This document shows, in pieces, positions 1-12,644 of a stretch of 64,000 bases of DNA; position 1 is the stretch's first letter; every line of letters starts with the position of its first letter. The position numbers and the translations under genes are program-made. Origin of the DNA: Botryllus schlosseri (lineage: Eukaryota); NCBI GenBank assembly GCA_051294905.1, contig CM119372.1, positions 16,184,001-16,248,000 of the forward strand, given 5' to 3'. A model generated the notes under the pieces. It did no database searches. It was not told the origin of the DNA and saw only the letters and a list, made by a program, of their open reading frames with translations.

Positions 1-269
1 TCAGAGTTATTTTTCACTGCATAGACATCTGCCATTTATTTGAGATTATGGACAATTGTCAGGTATGTCCGTTGCGATCGTTATTTCAAGTTCAATTGGG
101 TATTACATGACGTCATCGTTGTAAATCGCTACTCCAACGATATCTGAATCTATAACATACTCAGTTTAATCCTACTTTGAACATTAAAATAGCAATTGCT
201 GAAAATCGTGCATATATTTTATTGTCATCGTGTACACAGAGATAAAGACGTGAAAGAGAAACATGAAAT

Positions 270-357
270 GGCAGGGCAGGGCAGGGCAGGGCAGGGCAGG
301 GCAGGGCAGGGCAGGGCAGGGCAGGGCAGGGCAGGGCAGGGCAGGGCAGGGCAGGGC
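270..357 (+). repeat. (GGGCA)n pentanucleotide microsatellite, about 17 units
   Basis: Perfect tandem GGGCA run. It accounts for the PALPC/GQGRA low-complexity ORFs in the track. Confidence 0.97.
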
Positions 358-869
358 CTCGCATTCGCAATCGTATATCAAGCTTATCAACGATGAAATC
401 AGAAGATTGAGGAATAGAAGAAATTCGATGCATATTTATGCGCGCCTTTGCTATGTTGATACGCTGCATTGCAAATTGAAAAATTCATCTCTTTATCGGT
501 CAGGGCTCGAAGAACTCAATACAAAAGATTTGTCACTTTGGTTTCGTTTGACACAAAACGGGATTTAGAACACACGTGTTTGAAACGAGCGTACATCATC
601 AAGCTCAAGACGGATATTCCTCTCATCAAAGATAATCTTTCTCATATTTAGAAAAGGGTCTTATCATTCTTGAGATTTGGAGACAACCATCTACTTATCT
701 TCGTTGAGCCTAACAGGATATATCATCATATAATCATTGGGTTATATTTTTCATCTGAACAAGTCACACACAATGTACAATGCTATATGACACAATGCGA
801 TGTCGCGAACAGATAGGAGAATGTTGAACGACACGCATCAGTAGCGATCCTTTTCTCTAACATCCACCT

Positions 870-1115
870 CGGCCTGCAGTGCCCGATGTCACAGTTCTTT
901 TCGATGTTGATCGTTTTGAAGCCGCGGCCCTTTCTACTAGTTCTTTCCATTCCTTCTGAGTGCTTTCTTTCGTCGGGTATTTTTTCTGGGCTTTTTGTCG
1001 CCGTAAGAACGGCAACGGCCCGGTGGAGAAGGAGCCCAGATAAACCTCCGACGGGAATCGAACCGGATTCGTCAGATTCGTGGGCGCCTGTCGTTAAAAC
1101 TACGCTATCTCCCCC
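870..1115 (-). mobile_element. tRNA-derived SINE-like repeat, copy 1
   Basis: Minus strand reads GAGATAGCGTAG (A-box-like) ... GGTTCGATTCC (canonical Pol III B box, 1054-1064). The same head and similar downstream sequence occur at 45780-46086. The 3' boundary is approximate. Confidence 0.6.
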
Positions 1116-2179
1116 GCTGTCAATGCATTTAATTGCAATTTAACGAGAAGAGGTTTGATTAATGTTATACTGCTTCACATATGAATAATGTACTTCATAA
1201 ACGATTTGCTTTCCCTTCGCCTAACAACCTTTAGAGAATATAGCAAAGGAAAGCCGCCTATGGAAATTACCAGGTCGTCTAAATAATGCAATTTCATTGA
1301 TTGGTGTACTCTATTCCCGATTCCAACCATACAGCAGCATTTTTTAAAGAACTGAATATTTGTCTTGATATTCAAATAGGATTTCTTCACTGAGAATGGA
1401 AACGTGTTGCATCATCACTTCAATAATAACATTATTTGCTGAAACATTCCCGTCTGACGGTCGTCGAGTGCCGAGGTCTCTCGCGAAAAAGTAATTATCG
1501 GTATCCGTCGTTTGCTTCGGCCGGCATCGATCAGGTCCTTACGTTGTGTATGTGGTGTGACGTTACCGTCTTTTGGGATATTTGACAGGCAGAATGCAGA
1601 GTGTATCCCTCACTGCCCCAAAGGGTAGGTGATGGAGGGTGCATCCTCTAATCTCAAACGTAAAATGGAATATCCGATATGTTCAGATAGCGATGAGGGG
1701 ACTGTTGGATCTTGCGGGAATACCAAAATCCCAGCCACGGAATTTACGGCAGTAGGCAATCCCCACGCTATAGGATGACTTCTCAGCCATCGTCTAGTAA
1801 GGACTTTGATGGCTCTTCGGAACAGAGCATTATTCCGAGTGCTTCATTAGCATTTCTACATGAACATCCTTTGTCTAATCGTACGTAGCAATAACAATTA
1901 CGATAAGAGGAATTTGTGTCGCCATACACCGATTTGGTTTTGATATGAAATATATTTTACAGGGCGACGGTGCATCGAAAACGGAAGAACAGCGTACAGG
2001 ACCACATAACATAACCACGAATTTTGACCACCGGTGTCAAGTGAGGGATCAGCATAGTTGAATAAAATCACGTCAATAGTGTGAACGTTATAATTTCGGG
2101 CTTATATAGGGTGATGACGCGATATCATCCTCTGAATTTACAAAATAGTTCAAAACCTGATTTGTATTTATTTGAATTA

Positions 2180-3119
2180 GGAAGATCGCGAGTTGGTTTC
2201 GCTTCATTTCTGGTAAAACTCCAGGACTCACATCAACAGAGTGGCCGTCTGAGATGATATATCAAGCTGTGCAAACTCACTGTGATTGTTAAATTTCCAT
2301 TAGCATGCTGCAATAAGAGCGGCGCTGGACTGGGTTACGGTAAAATAGCTGCCAAATTTTAATATCACGATTTTTCCAGACAGCAAAAGCGCTCTGGCAG
2401 CAATAAACACGACTAACACAACGGATAGCATCGTCGTAGATATACAATAACGCAACAACGCCTTGGTCTGCAATAAGAAAGCAGCGTCGATAGTATTATG
2501 GATATACCTGGACACAAGAATGTTGGTTTCAACGAGAAAGCTGACCAACTAGCGCGAGACGCAGCCAACGATCTATCAGACAACATAGAAAAGCAGGATA
2601 TATCTACAAACGAAGCAAATACCCTAATTCACGAATTCTGCAAAACTCAATAGGATAATAATTGGAATCAAATGGACACTGACTCGCAATATCGACGAAT
2701 TTTTCCAAGCATCGATGATCATACGATCATGCCGGGTCTCTCCCGTAGATAATCGTCCATTCTCATTCGAATGCAAACGGGGCATTGTAGACTAACACTC
2801 ATCTGTACAGAATTGGACTTCATGAAACGGGACTCTGTGACACATGCAATCAACCAGAGACGCTTGGGTATTTTGTCACATCATGCTATCGCTACGATCG
2901 ATCCAGGGTTCATCTAGTTCAATCCGCACACAGACACAATATTCAACTTCCGTTTAATTCGCTATTGAAAAGTCCGTACACGATACAATCAATGTTAGAC
3001 TTTGTTATATTGTCCCCTAGGGACTTATAGTTCCGTGAATAAACAGGCATGGTGCAAAAGACCTCCGTTTGCAGAGAAGCACCCCCTCCCCCTATACATA
3101 CATGCATACATGCATACAT
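2180..3119 (+). mobile_element. 3' end of a decayed non-LTR retrotransposon (I/Nimb-like ORF2 RNase H + CCHC knuckle)
   Basis: Translation through stops and frameshifts gives RNase H motifs AIRAAL..ITIFPDSKSALAAI..WI/PGHKNVGFNEKADQLARDA, then RMQTGHCRL..HLYRIG..LCDTCNQPETLGYFVTSC (CCHC with H to Y). Stop at 3028-3030, short 3' UTR, then a (TACA/TGCATACA)n tail at about 3094-3119. Confidence 0.85.
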
Positions 3120-4568
3120 CTTTACAGCTACTTTTCTCGGCCTAAGTGTGCCGCAAGAATTTCATAATTTTTCTGGTGTGCCACAAGCTGAGAAAGTTTG
3201 GGAACCTCTTCGTGAACGCGAACGTGAGCATTGGAGCCTTTATTACTTCATTGAATAATAAGTTAGGTTACCTACTTACTCAGCTTCATTGGAATAGTCT
3301 CGTAAAAATGACGTTGGTATATTTCGCAACTTAAATAGTTTCCCCCCTAATATTGGGCGGAAATCAATTGACAAGCAGGTAAAATACTGCAACATATATT
3401 TGCCGGCGGAGAGTACTTTGGCCGTATCTTTTGTAGAGCCAGTAGATTCCACGCAGTCAGAACGAAGTCTGTAGCAGTATTTGGTATAATGCATGATGAT
3501 ACTTGCATATCAGGACTCCAATGTTAATCTCTCAAGTCACGCAACTGTCTCCCTTGATGTCACCATGAACCGGTAAGCATGGAATTCCTGTGTCTTGCTG
3601 TGCCGCAGAAATATGATGAGCATATACGGCAAACTGTTGAATGATAAAGTGATGTTATGGGATCTACTATTTTGAAATATGAGGATTTATGTTGTAGTTT
3701 CAGGTAAACTATACAAATTTGAGTATGAGGTGTTACAGGAAATATAGTCCCGGTCAAATATATTCGTTGGTGTATTTAATACAGTAGTCGGGAAATTTTA
3801 TCGTCGAAGGAGACATATTGGCCCTTTAGTTTCAGTTATTGTTCTCAAAGAATCATAAATACTTTTCATCAAATCACAATTCTTCATTCGAGACGTAAAT
3901 AGTTGAAAATGAAATATTTAAAACAAGGGCCATGTTTTAAACAGGTTTGTTTTATATTGACTCACACATATAGGCCATAGCCCGCATATAAAAGAACCCG
4001 AGTTCCTCCACATCGACACGGGTCTTCAAACGACAATCAGGTATGCCGAAGGTTTTCAACCTAAAGGGTGTGACCCTGTTTTATTGCACCTCGGATCCTG
4101 CATGGTATTGTAACCACCCGACTTCGGAGACGCAATGGCACAATGGTTGGCAAGGCTAGTCATGCGTACAGTTGGAATTAATAGTGTTGGTCTGATTTGA
4201 ACTTGGCTGCTGTATATAATTGTATTCGTTGCAATATAACCGCGTTAAATCTGCAAGTCTCTCGATTCAGTTGAAAATTGAAGATAGTAGTCATCCTTTT
4301 CTGACACTTAGATAGAATCAATTACCAAACGGCTAGCCGTCATATCAATAGGTAGTAGCAATCGAGGTCGACCGAATGTACCATTTACTTCAATTTTGCT
4401 CGGAATTGTAGCAGCCCTGGTCCTGGTGTGGTGTCAACATTTTTTTTTCAAGATTTATGCGGTCATAATCCTTGCACGAGTTGTGCGAAGCAGTAGATTC
4501 ATCTCTTTCGAACATAAAGTCCAAAACGCACGAAAGACTTGATATTGCAACCGACATACGCTGCTTAC

Positions 4569-5578
4569 TAGGGATGGTGTGAACCTTTTAGGAAGGTTCT
4601 GTGTGAACACGAACGTGAACCTCATGACGTCACGTGACGTCATATTGCTAATTCCAACTCTATCCTTCGATGAAATGATAGCCCATATTAATGTACACGA
4701 TACCTAGCGACGACTCGGGCAACATAATGTCACAATGCTGAAGTATATATTGACGTTTTAAACGTCGCCAAACGTATCAACTGGGACAATCAAATGATAT
4801 AACAATCCCATAAAATCAATATCTTCCACCGCTTTGCCAACATATTCGACGAGGACTTATTAGGGAATATAAGGAAAGGAGAGGGCGTAGTTTATTTTTG
4901 TCCTTGATGTTTTTGCGCCAAACACGCCGAAACATGATATACATAATACACACGATCTATGCATAATTGCATATGCAATTATGCATACCATGAGTAGGCC
5001 TACATGATATGCATATGCCGCCGGCCAAGGAAGATGCAGATATAGCCTTGTAGGAGTGTTGGGACGACTTGAGTCATGACTTGGTTTTGATGATACAGTA
5101 AACATGAAGTCAAGATTGACCCCGTACGCCTGCTAGATTTTTTACATCAGAACACGATATCAATCTCATTGATTAGTTGAATAAGCATCATTCGCTGACT
5201 ACATAGCTTATTTCGCTCATGATATTTCGTGATTGCGGGTCAAGCTCGCAACAGAGAGTCATTAAATATGTACAAACGGAAAGCTGGATCTTTCGAGCAA
5301 ACTTTTGCAACAAAGCAAGTAAAACTTTTGAGATTGTCAAGGTGCATGCTCGTCTAGTGTTGATGTTTTTTAATGCTGCCAGCGCCATGCATAGAGTGGC
5401 CTGCAGATGAAATGCGATAAATTTAAACCAACGATGTTATGATGAAGTGAATATTGTAATATATGAAAAAGGTTCACAGTGCAGAACCTACCAAGGTTCT
5501 GTTGTGAACGCGAACCTCTGAATTTCCGAGGTTCACACACAGAACGCGAACGTGAACCTCACGTTCACACCATCCCTA
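4569..5578 (+). mobile_element. Non-autonomous hAT (Ac-like TAGGGATG termini), copy 1
   Basis: TIR TAGGGATGGTGTGAAC / GTTCACACCATCCCTA; perfect 8-bp TSD CTGCTTAC (4561-4568, 5579-5586); GTGAAC/GTTCAC subterminal repeats. Confidence 0.93.
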
Positions 5579-7216
5579 CTGCTTACTCTCATCGACTGAT
5601 CCCAAAATGCAAAATCTGGAGGACAAGATACTGTTTAAATTTGACTGACAAAATACTTCTGTTTAAAGTGGAGTGAATATTTTGCTGTTGAGAAATAATC
5701 TAATACTAATGTATTGGGCCATGAGCAAAAAAAGTTGAAACCTCTTGGTGTACCATAATTTGTAAAGGGTGTACTGGGGTTTACCAGATCCGCAATGCAA
5801 TAGACCAATGACTAGTTTCACAAGTTTATGCTCTAGAACAGTGGTTCTTAACTTCGACTCCAGCGCCCCCCAAAGGGCGCTGGCGATTTTGTAGGGGGCG
5901 GAAACGCTCAGGCGGCGATATGGGGGGCGCTGGGCTCACGGGGGCTATATGGGGGATGCTGAAGAAAAATGGCTTCGCAGTAGATGATGTCGTAGTAGAA
6001 CATATCCTCAACAAATATCCAGAGCAAATTAACATTCCACAAAACATGTCAAATCCCGAAAATTTTAGTCGCGCTACGTGACGATGTTTGCTACATATGT
6101 TTTCATAAATGTAGTGGGTTATTCTAATTCATGTAAAACGAATTCCGTGTACTTTCAGATCGCCGATTTACCGTTAAAACAATGCCGACACGCTTGCTAG
6201 GGTCATTTCCAACAACATGTTTAGAACTAGGTATTATATCCCGCAGCGCACAGCGTGTGAAAATCAAAGAAGGAGGCACTGCATATCACTTTTGAGGGTG
6301 AGAGCCCCTTGTACATAAAATAAGTTTTGAAGCTTTTTGCACGAAATGAATAGCTAAATATACTTGTATTTGAGAGCTGCAAAATTAAATCGTCAGAATA
6401 TTTCTTCGTCGTATCATAAAGAATGATACTATCTAGTGTTGTGGTTCACATCCTCGCAAAAATGTTATATAATATGTGTTGCTTTGTTTGGAATACATTC
6501 ATGTTAAAATTATCAACTTGGTACGGTACCAAATTCAATGTGAACAGATATATGCATCCCATTCTCAGTTGACTTAGCTACTTAATAGTTACACAAAGCA
6601 CTAAGACAAAATCCAATTCCATTAATTTCCCCGTATTGCCAATCGCAGATGTGAATTCGGGATGGTTCGAACCACTGGGTATGAGACCGTATCTGATTGT
6701 TGTTATAACAACCTTGAATTGACCCTGAATATATCACACACAATTATTATATAGTTCATTACAGTCGAATGGTCCTCGAGTGCGATTAAAGCGCGAAATA
6801 TTCCCAATATCAAATTCTCGAGAAGACCGACTGGACTTTGACCTCTTACCAGGACCGCAACTGCTGCAACCCAAACCCCAATCGGTGAGCTCGAAGGGTG
6901 CCTATTATTTCTGTGAATGAACATAAGTTACACATCATGTTTTGACGAGTCCCCCACGGAAGAATATGCATAATTATAGAACATAGTAATAGGTATTTCG
7001 GCGTTGGCCATCACCACGTCACGATGCTCGAAGACATATGGGACTCCGAGAAGTGTGTCAAAAAGATCGTCAGCGAGAAAACCTCAGCCGAAGAGCATTG
7101 CCCTTATGTTGACCGTAAACTGCGATGGATATAGGTCCAATTGTCCATAGGTGCTTAAATCGCTCGTGCCGAATTGTCATGTCGTCGCAATCTGCACCCC
7201 ACAGGACAAATATCAT

Positions 7217-8564
7217 CAGGCCGCGTTATTTTTGGCATTTCAGGAGCCAGATGCCAAAACTGCCAAAAATAAAAATTTGAAAATGCCAAAAATAAGCAAT
7301 TTTTGACATATGCGAAAAATAACACGGCCTACCAAATAGCGTATTTCGTTCATGGTGTTGTGTTAACAGGACCGCGTTACAAGCGAGAAGAGCGTTTGTG
7401 AAAGGCAGGTTTCTTAAACTGGGTTCAGCCCACCCATTAGGGGTGAAAGAATAGTGTCCTAAATGGTGTGGGCACAGCGAGATTGAACGGCTGACTGCAT
7501 TTGGTTTACGTCATACTTTCCATTTGTCCAAAGGCAATTTTACGACCATTTTTGACCGGCTTGTCGAGCGCTAAATTTGATAAAACGGGTATCAATGAAA
7601 AGCTGCCGCAGTACTGCTTATTAAAATATAAATTATATTCTGCTCATGGAACTGGAACCCCCAAAATCAACCACGATTTTTGCATTGTGATCGAGTTGAA
7701 CATTGTGACGCAACAAACTGTCTGGCTATTTCTGAGCTGCATGGTCTCGTTTTGCCAGACAGTCTTGTTGCGTCAATGTTCTTAATCAAGCTAACCTTCC
7801 CAGGACTCTTCCACGCGAGTTGGTAATATTAAAGCCACCTGAAGTGACAAAAGTCCTCCGAAAATATATCGGTAGACTGAAGGAGAAATGATAGTCGGGC
7901 TACTAAATAGAATGTGTTGAGATAGACAACACAGGAAATTCCTGGAAAAGGATCGGGAAGAAAATTCTTTCCGCGATGAGATCGATGGCACTGGCGAAGT
8001 GATCTCTCTTCATGATGCCCTCCAAAGATTTTGAAGCTCTGAAAACCTTTTGTGGATGACTGGCAACATTCTTTCCCTCAACGGCTTCTTTTGAAGCCGA
8101 TATTTCCCAGATTCGCTGGGCGAGAAATGAATTTAGGAGAAACTTAGCTGACCTGAGCTGAGTTTGGAAGCACTGTTACAGTGCAAACGATTTAAGTCTA
8201 TTCAACAGCTGTAACAATCAGCTGTTGAGCGTGTTTGTTAGGCATTTCTTTCTCTTTTTTGCTTATTGGCACCGATTACGATGGATACTGCACATTTTGT
8301 GGTTTCGTTTGATATTATTAACCTATGAAATCGTTAGGTTTTTTCTTCTTCTTATTGTTTGTTGGCATTGATTATACGTGGATGCTGGACATTATGTGGT
8401 GTCTTTTGACAAACTAGCCCAAATAAAGCGTTTTTGTGACTAATTCGAGGCTGAAACTATCTATTTAGAGGACGATGCCAAAACTGCCAAAAATCAAAAT
8501 CAAAAAATGCCAAAAATAAGTTATTTTTGGCAGTTTTGGCATATGCCAAAAATAACACGGCCTG
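7217..8564 (+). mobile_element. Internally deleted hAT with TGCCAAAA subterminal repeats
   Basis: TIR CAGGCCG(C/T)GTTATTTTTGGCA; perfect TSD AATATCAT (7209-7216, 8565-8572). Carries a transposase C-terminal remnant. Confidence 0.9.
7790..8214 (+). pseudogene. Decayed hAT-like transposase C-terminus
   Basis: Reads LPRTLPRELVILK..VLRKYIGRLKEK..DRQHRKFLE..FRDEID..DFEALKTFCG*LATFFPSTASFEADISQIRWARNEFRRNLADLS/LEALLQCKRF. This resembles a hAT C-terminal (P-x-T-A-x-x-E-x-x-F-S) dimerisation region, with stops and frameshifts. Confidence 0.65.
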
Positions 8565-8969
8565 AATATCATCCATCAGAGGAAATTATTTGCCAGTGGA
8601 CAAATACCAATTTTGAATCGTGTGCTTACTTAAGTTTGATATGTTTATGCGTTTCAATATCTTTTGACTATATAGCGGACAAGAGGTAACAAAATAACAA
8701 CATGTAACGAATTAATTGCACCAACAGGCACGCCCGAATATGTTCAATTATTAATTACGTGACCTTCATTTTCCTATGCAACAGCTCACTCATCGCTACT
8801 GGTAAATCTGATTACGTGGGATGAGAGGATAGAAAGTTTATAGCGAAATATATATACATATGCAATTACCACCTATTCATTCATGCTTTAGAGAAAATGT
8901 TGGCGCCTAGGGCGACCAGGCCATACAAACTTTGCTGACCATCGAAATCACGCGATGGGGTTCTTGGGG

Positions 8970-9952
8970 CAGAGATGGAAGTCGGGCCGGGCTTTTCGGG
9001 TTCGGGCCGGGTTCGGGCCGGGCTCGGGCCGGGTTCGGGTCCAAAGTTATAAAAATTATCGGGATTGAATCGGGCCGAATAGTCACTACGAAAACCATTG
9101 ACTTCATTTACAAATTTGATTTGCAATTTTGTTCGAAAGTGGCACAACTACATATAAGATACACCAATACCGTATCACGTAAGTATGGCAATATCTGTGA
9201 ATAAATTTTATACGAAGTACGAACCCAGATAAACTTCATTATAAGACGGCCCGAAGACTATGATTGAATAATGAAACAATGTCAGCTAAATAGTAAACAA
9301 GTGGACTTCTGGAGAAACCATGAACGGGACTTTCCAACGCTCTCCAGGGTGGCTAGAAAGATGTTTGCAGCCCAGTGCTCAAGTGCGCAATCCGAAAGAG
9401 ATTTTTCATCGTGCGGTCTGACCTTGTCGCAGAGACGAACCCGACTGTCTCCAGTAACTGTTGAGGCTATTGAAATAATCAATTCTTCGTATAACGTGTG
9501 AATGCAACGCCCTTTGTATGGATGACAGTTGACTTGTATTTTGAACAGACTATTTTTTCTCATCTTGGCCAATTTCATTCCTTTATTTCTTTAATTTGGT
9601 TTAATATTGAACCATTTAATACAGTTCACATTTTGCAAAAAGGATGGTGGAACTAAGTTAACAGTGGGGCTGTTTTCAGCGTATTCTCATTCAGATATAT
9701 TAAGTTCTCTTGCCATATGCAAGATTGCTATCGAAAGAAAACAAAGTGAGAGCATTGAAAGCGTTGAAAAGCTCGAAATTTGAATCGTATATCAGCTTAT
9801 TTGCTCGCAACAGTTGAAAATTGCTATTTGAACTTGGTTTCGGGCCGAAACGGGCTCAAAACTCGACCGTCGGGTTCGGGCCGGGTTCGGGCTGAACTTG
9901 TCGGGTTCGGGCCGGGTTCGGGTCCGGCTCACCCGGCCCGCTTCCATCTCTG
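8970..9952 (+). mobile_element. Internally deleted Ac-like hAT with TCGGG(C/T) subterminal repeats
   Basis: TIR CAGAGATGGAAG / CTTCCATCTCTG; perfect TSD TCTTGGGG (8962-8969, 9953-9960); arrays of TCGGGY near both ends. Confidence 0.93.
9271..9501 (+). pseudogene. hAT transposase C-terminal dimerisation domain (Dimer_Tnp_hAT-like), stop-free fragment
   Basis: FWRNHERDFPTLSRVARKMFAAQCSSAQSERDFSSCGLTLSQRRTRLSPVTVE matches the FW..FP.L..AR....SSA.SER.FS..G......R..L hAT motif. Confidence 0.88.
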
Positions 9953-10369
9953 TCTTGGGGGCGAAGTGCTCACGAGGTTTGGTTTATCACGCTATGGCTG
10001 CGCAAGACAATCGCTTTTTAGGATTGCTGACGAAGTGCTGTTTCGGCCCTCCCTCTTACCCATTGTCTTTATTACAGTCCTTACAATATGAGGTGGGGGG
10101 CGCTGGAGCACGATAATTTTTGAAAGGGGGCGCTGGAGAAAAAAAGGTTAAGAACCACTGCTCTAAAACAAGTTGACCGGTTGTGCAATATCGTACAGTG
10201 TTCATGTAAACCAGTGGTTCCCAACCTTTTTCCACCCACGTACCATTTTGAGGTTTTATGCAGTGCTCGCGTACCACCTATAAAGTTACTCGCGTTCCCA
10301 CCACTTATGACGTCATAATCACGTATTTGACCTATGCGAGGTGTATTAACAAATTCTATTGAACTAGGC

Positions 10370-11627
10370 CAGGCATGTCAAATATACGTCCCGCCAGACG
10401 ATTTTATCCGGCCCGCATTATTCTGAGTACATTGAAAAAAGATTATATTATTCATCACATCCACAGTAATAAACCAAATTACAACGTCCGCGTTGACAGT
10501 TGAATATCTTGTACTCATCACAACGCATACGCAGGGCTAACGCCAGATTATGACTAAAGCAGGGGTGGCCAACCTTTTTGCCATTCACGGCATTTCAACT
10601 ACTCATGTAACCTACGTCCGCATTCCGGGGCATAGTCGTAATCAACGAGCTGCTGGACGCCAAATACCCAGGTTATAGTGTTTATGTCCATTTCTGGTGA
10701 ACTCCGGACTAATGTATTTAATGATAGGCTTACTATGTGCACCAAAATCGCGAGTGGTCACTGGTAATGTTAAGGAATGAAGTTCGCATAGTCGCGCGAA
10801 GCGCGAAAAAATTCAGATTTGCATATTACCCTCAAACATTTATCCTTTCTCATCCCGTGTGATCAGATTCACTGGTATAGAGTTGAGGTAAGGGTGTTTA
10901 CGAAAATTTAAAGCAAGTTATAAATTATGATTCATCTTCGGGTGGGCCAATTGGTATTAGTCACTTTGTAGCATGCTGTTATTTCTTGACCTCACATCAG
11001 GATTTTTAGTATAGTGGCGAGCACACGATTCCGAGCTGATATTTCCATGTAAGTCGCATCATTTTCCACTGATGTTCGCATCTGTATTGTGGGGCTCTGA
11101 TTGCAAAGGGTGCTACTATATTTAAATCGATAAACGTAATCGCATTGAATCGCTCGCAGCGCGAAGAAAATTTCAAGATTAATTAAAATCTTTCAAGAAA
11201 TCGGGAGTCAATTCGTGAATTCGAGTTGCAAGTCGACGGCCGCCAACACATACTAATTGAATTGCGTGTCTACGGCCTCACAAATTCCCTCTTACGGCCG
11301 CAGGTTGGCCATCCCTGGACTGAAGCAAAGCGAACACTTAAATATGTTTACTTGTATCGCCGGTAATCCCATTGTTTTAGCGGTTCTTAACTGTATTCAA
11401 CCGGACAAATATCGTATTTTCGCATTGCTCGCAAATAATGGTGTTGCGACCCGCTAGAATAAAACCCCTACGATCCGTGTATTATCTATATATGCTCGAT
11501 AATAAAGTAATCCAGCGAGTAGCAATAGGCACGAGGCAAAATTTTGGATTCCGTTGACTGGTCCGGCCCGCGAGCGATTTCATGACTTCGATCCGGCCCG
11601 CGATGCAATTTGAGTTTGACACCCCTG
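10370..11627 (+). mobile_element. Charlie-type MITE (CCGGCCCGC repeats), nested
   Basis: TIR CAGGCATGTCAAA / TTTGACACCCCTG; TSD AACTAGGC vs AACTA(TA)GGC. Confidence 0.75.
10560..11317 (+). mobile_element. Charlie-type MITE (CAGGGGTGGCCAACC family), innermost nested copy
   Basis: TIR CAGGGGTGGCCAACC / GGTTGGCCATCCCTG; TSD GACTAAAG/GACTGAAG. Partial copies at about 12461-12580, 17030-17569, 19615-20202 and 46115-46331. Confidence 0.85.
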
Positions 11628-12644
11628 AACTATAGGCATAATCAGCCTGGGATGATGGGATGTATTTTTTCATCACCAGTCACAGGAAGAACAGCGTAAT
11701 GAAATAACAACGCACAAAAAATGTCAATTTATTTAATGCGATGGCTGCATTTGTTTATTTACTACTAGCTTGTCGATGCGTGGCATACGTTTGCTTACAG
11801 CGCATCGAAAGTCATCTATGGGCGCAACAAGTCGGTTTCGTTTCTTCGACCTCATAGTCATTAGGCATGAAAATCCTTGCTCACATTCCCACGTTTAAGG
11901 GAAAATTAGGAGCTGAGGAATAGCGTGAGACGACCGCTTCAAAAAACTCAAAATCAACCTCACCTGAACTAATAACTCCCTTCGATCGAAAAAGACAGAA
12001 TCGACTCGCGTACCACCTGGAAGACCTTCGCGTACCACTAGTGGTACGCGTACCACAGGTTGGGAACCACTGATGTAAACGGTATGCAGCTTGCAAATTA
12101 CTTCCCTTTTTGGATGTCATACGCAAATGTTCTTGCTCATCATTTAATGGTTGGTAACGGACTTACTGGCTCCTTGTGGAATATACCAGGGATGGAGTTG
12201 ACATGTGTTCAGCTTGCGATATCTGTCTATAATGATTCTCGAGGAAACAGCCGCGATAAGCCAGACATTTTAAATCGGTACTTCCTTCCAGATGCTTAGA
12301 ATTAGCGTAGTGTATATAATCGCACGGGCGTAGCCAGGGGGTCCCTGGGGTCGAGTTTAAGAACCACTGTATTACATGGTGGTCTGGTAACATCGAGCCC
12401 TAGTTAGTATTTCGCACTTCCGATACGTTGCAGCCTTGTACATAGCTATGTCGATTAGGCCAGGGGTGGTCAACCTGAGGACGTACGGCCACATATGCAA
12501 CCGTAGAACAATAATTATGAGGCCGTCTACACATAATTAAATTAACGTGTGCTGGTAGCCGTCAATATGCAATTGGAATTGGTTCCCAAACTGACAAATT
12601 TTAATTCAACCCAAAATTTTCTTCCCACTTAGCACGGTTCAGGG

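Larger units (their letters stand above)
5839..10160 (+). mobile_element. Charlie/Buster-type non-autonomous hAT expanded by nested insertions
   Basis: TIR CAGTGGTTCTTAAC / GTTAAGAACCACTG; TSD CTCTAGAA/CTCTAAAA (7/8). A shorter homologue lies inverted at 49354-50503. Confidence 0.8.
10212..12072 (+). mobile_element. Charlie-type MITE (GCGTACCAC repeats) hosting two nested elements
   Basis: TIR CAGTGGTTCCCAACC / GGTTGGGAACCACTG; perfect TSD ATGTAAAC. A short relative lies at 41240-41462. Confidence 0.9.

Noticed and set aside
161..568. ORFs with PALPC/GQGRA repeats
   Set aside because: They are translations of the (GGGCA)n microsatellite, which is open in several frames.
1045..1115. Functional tRNA gene
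   Set aside because: A B box is present, but I could not form consistent D and anticodon arms, and the paralogue at 46 kb has a shorter spacer. Treated as a SINE-like head.
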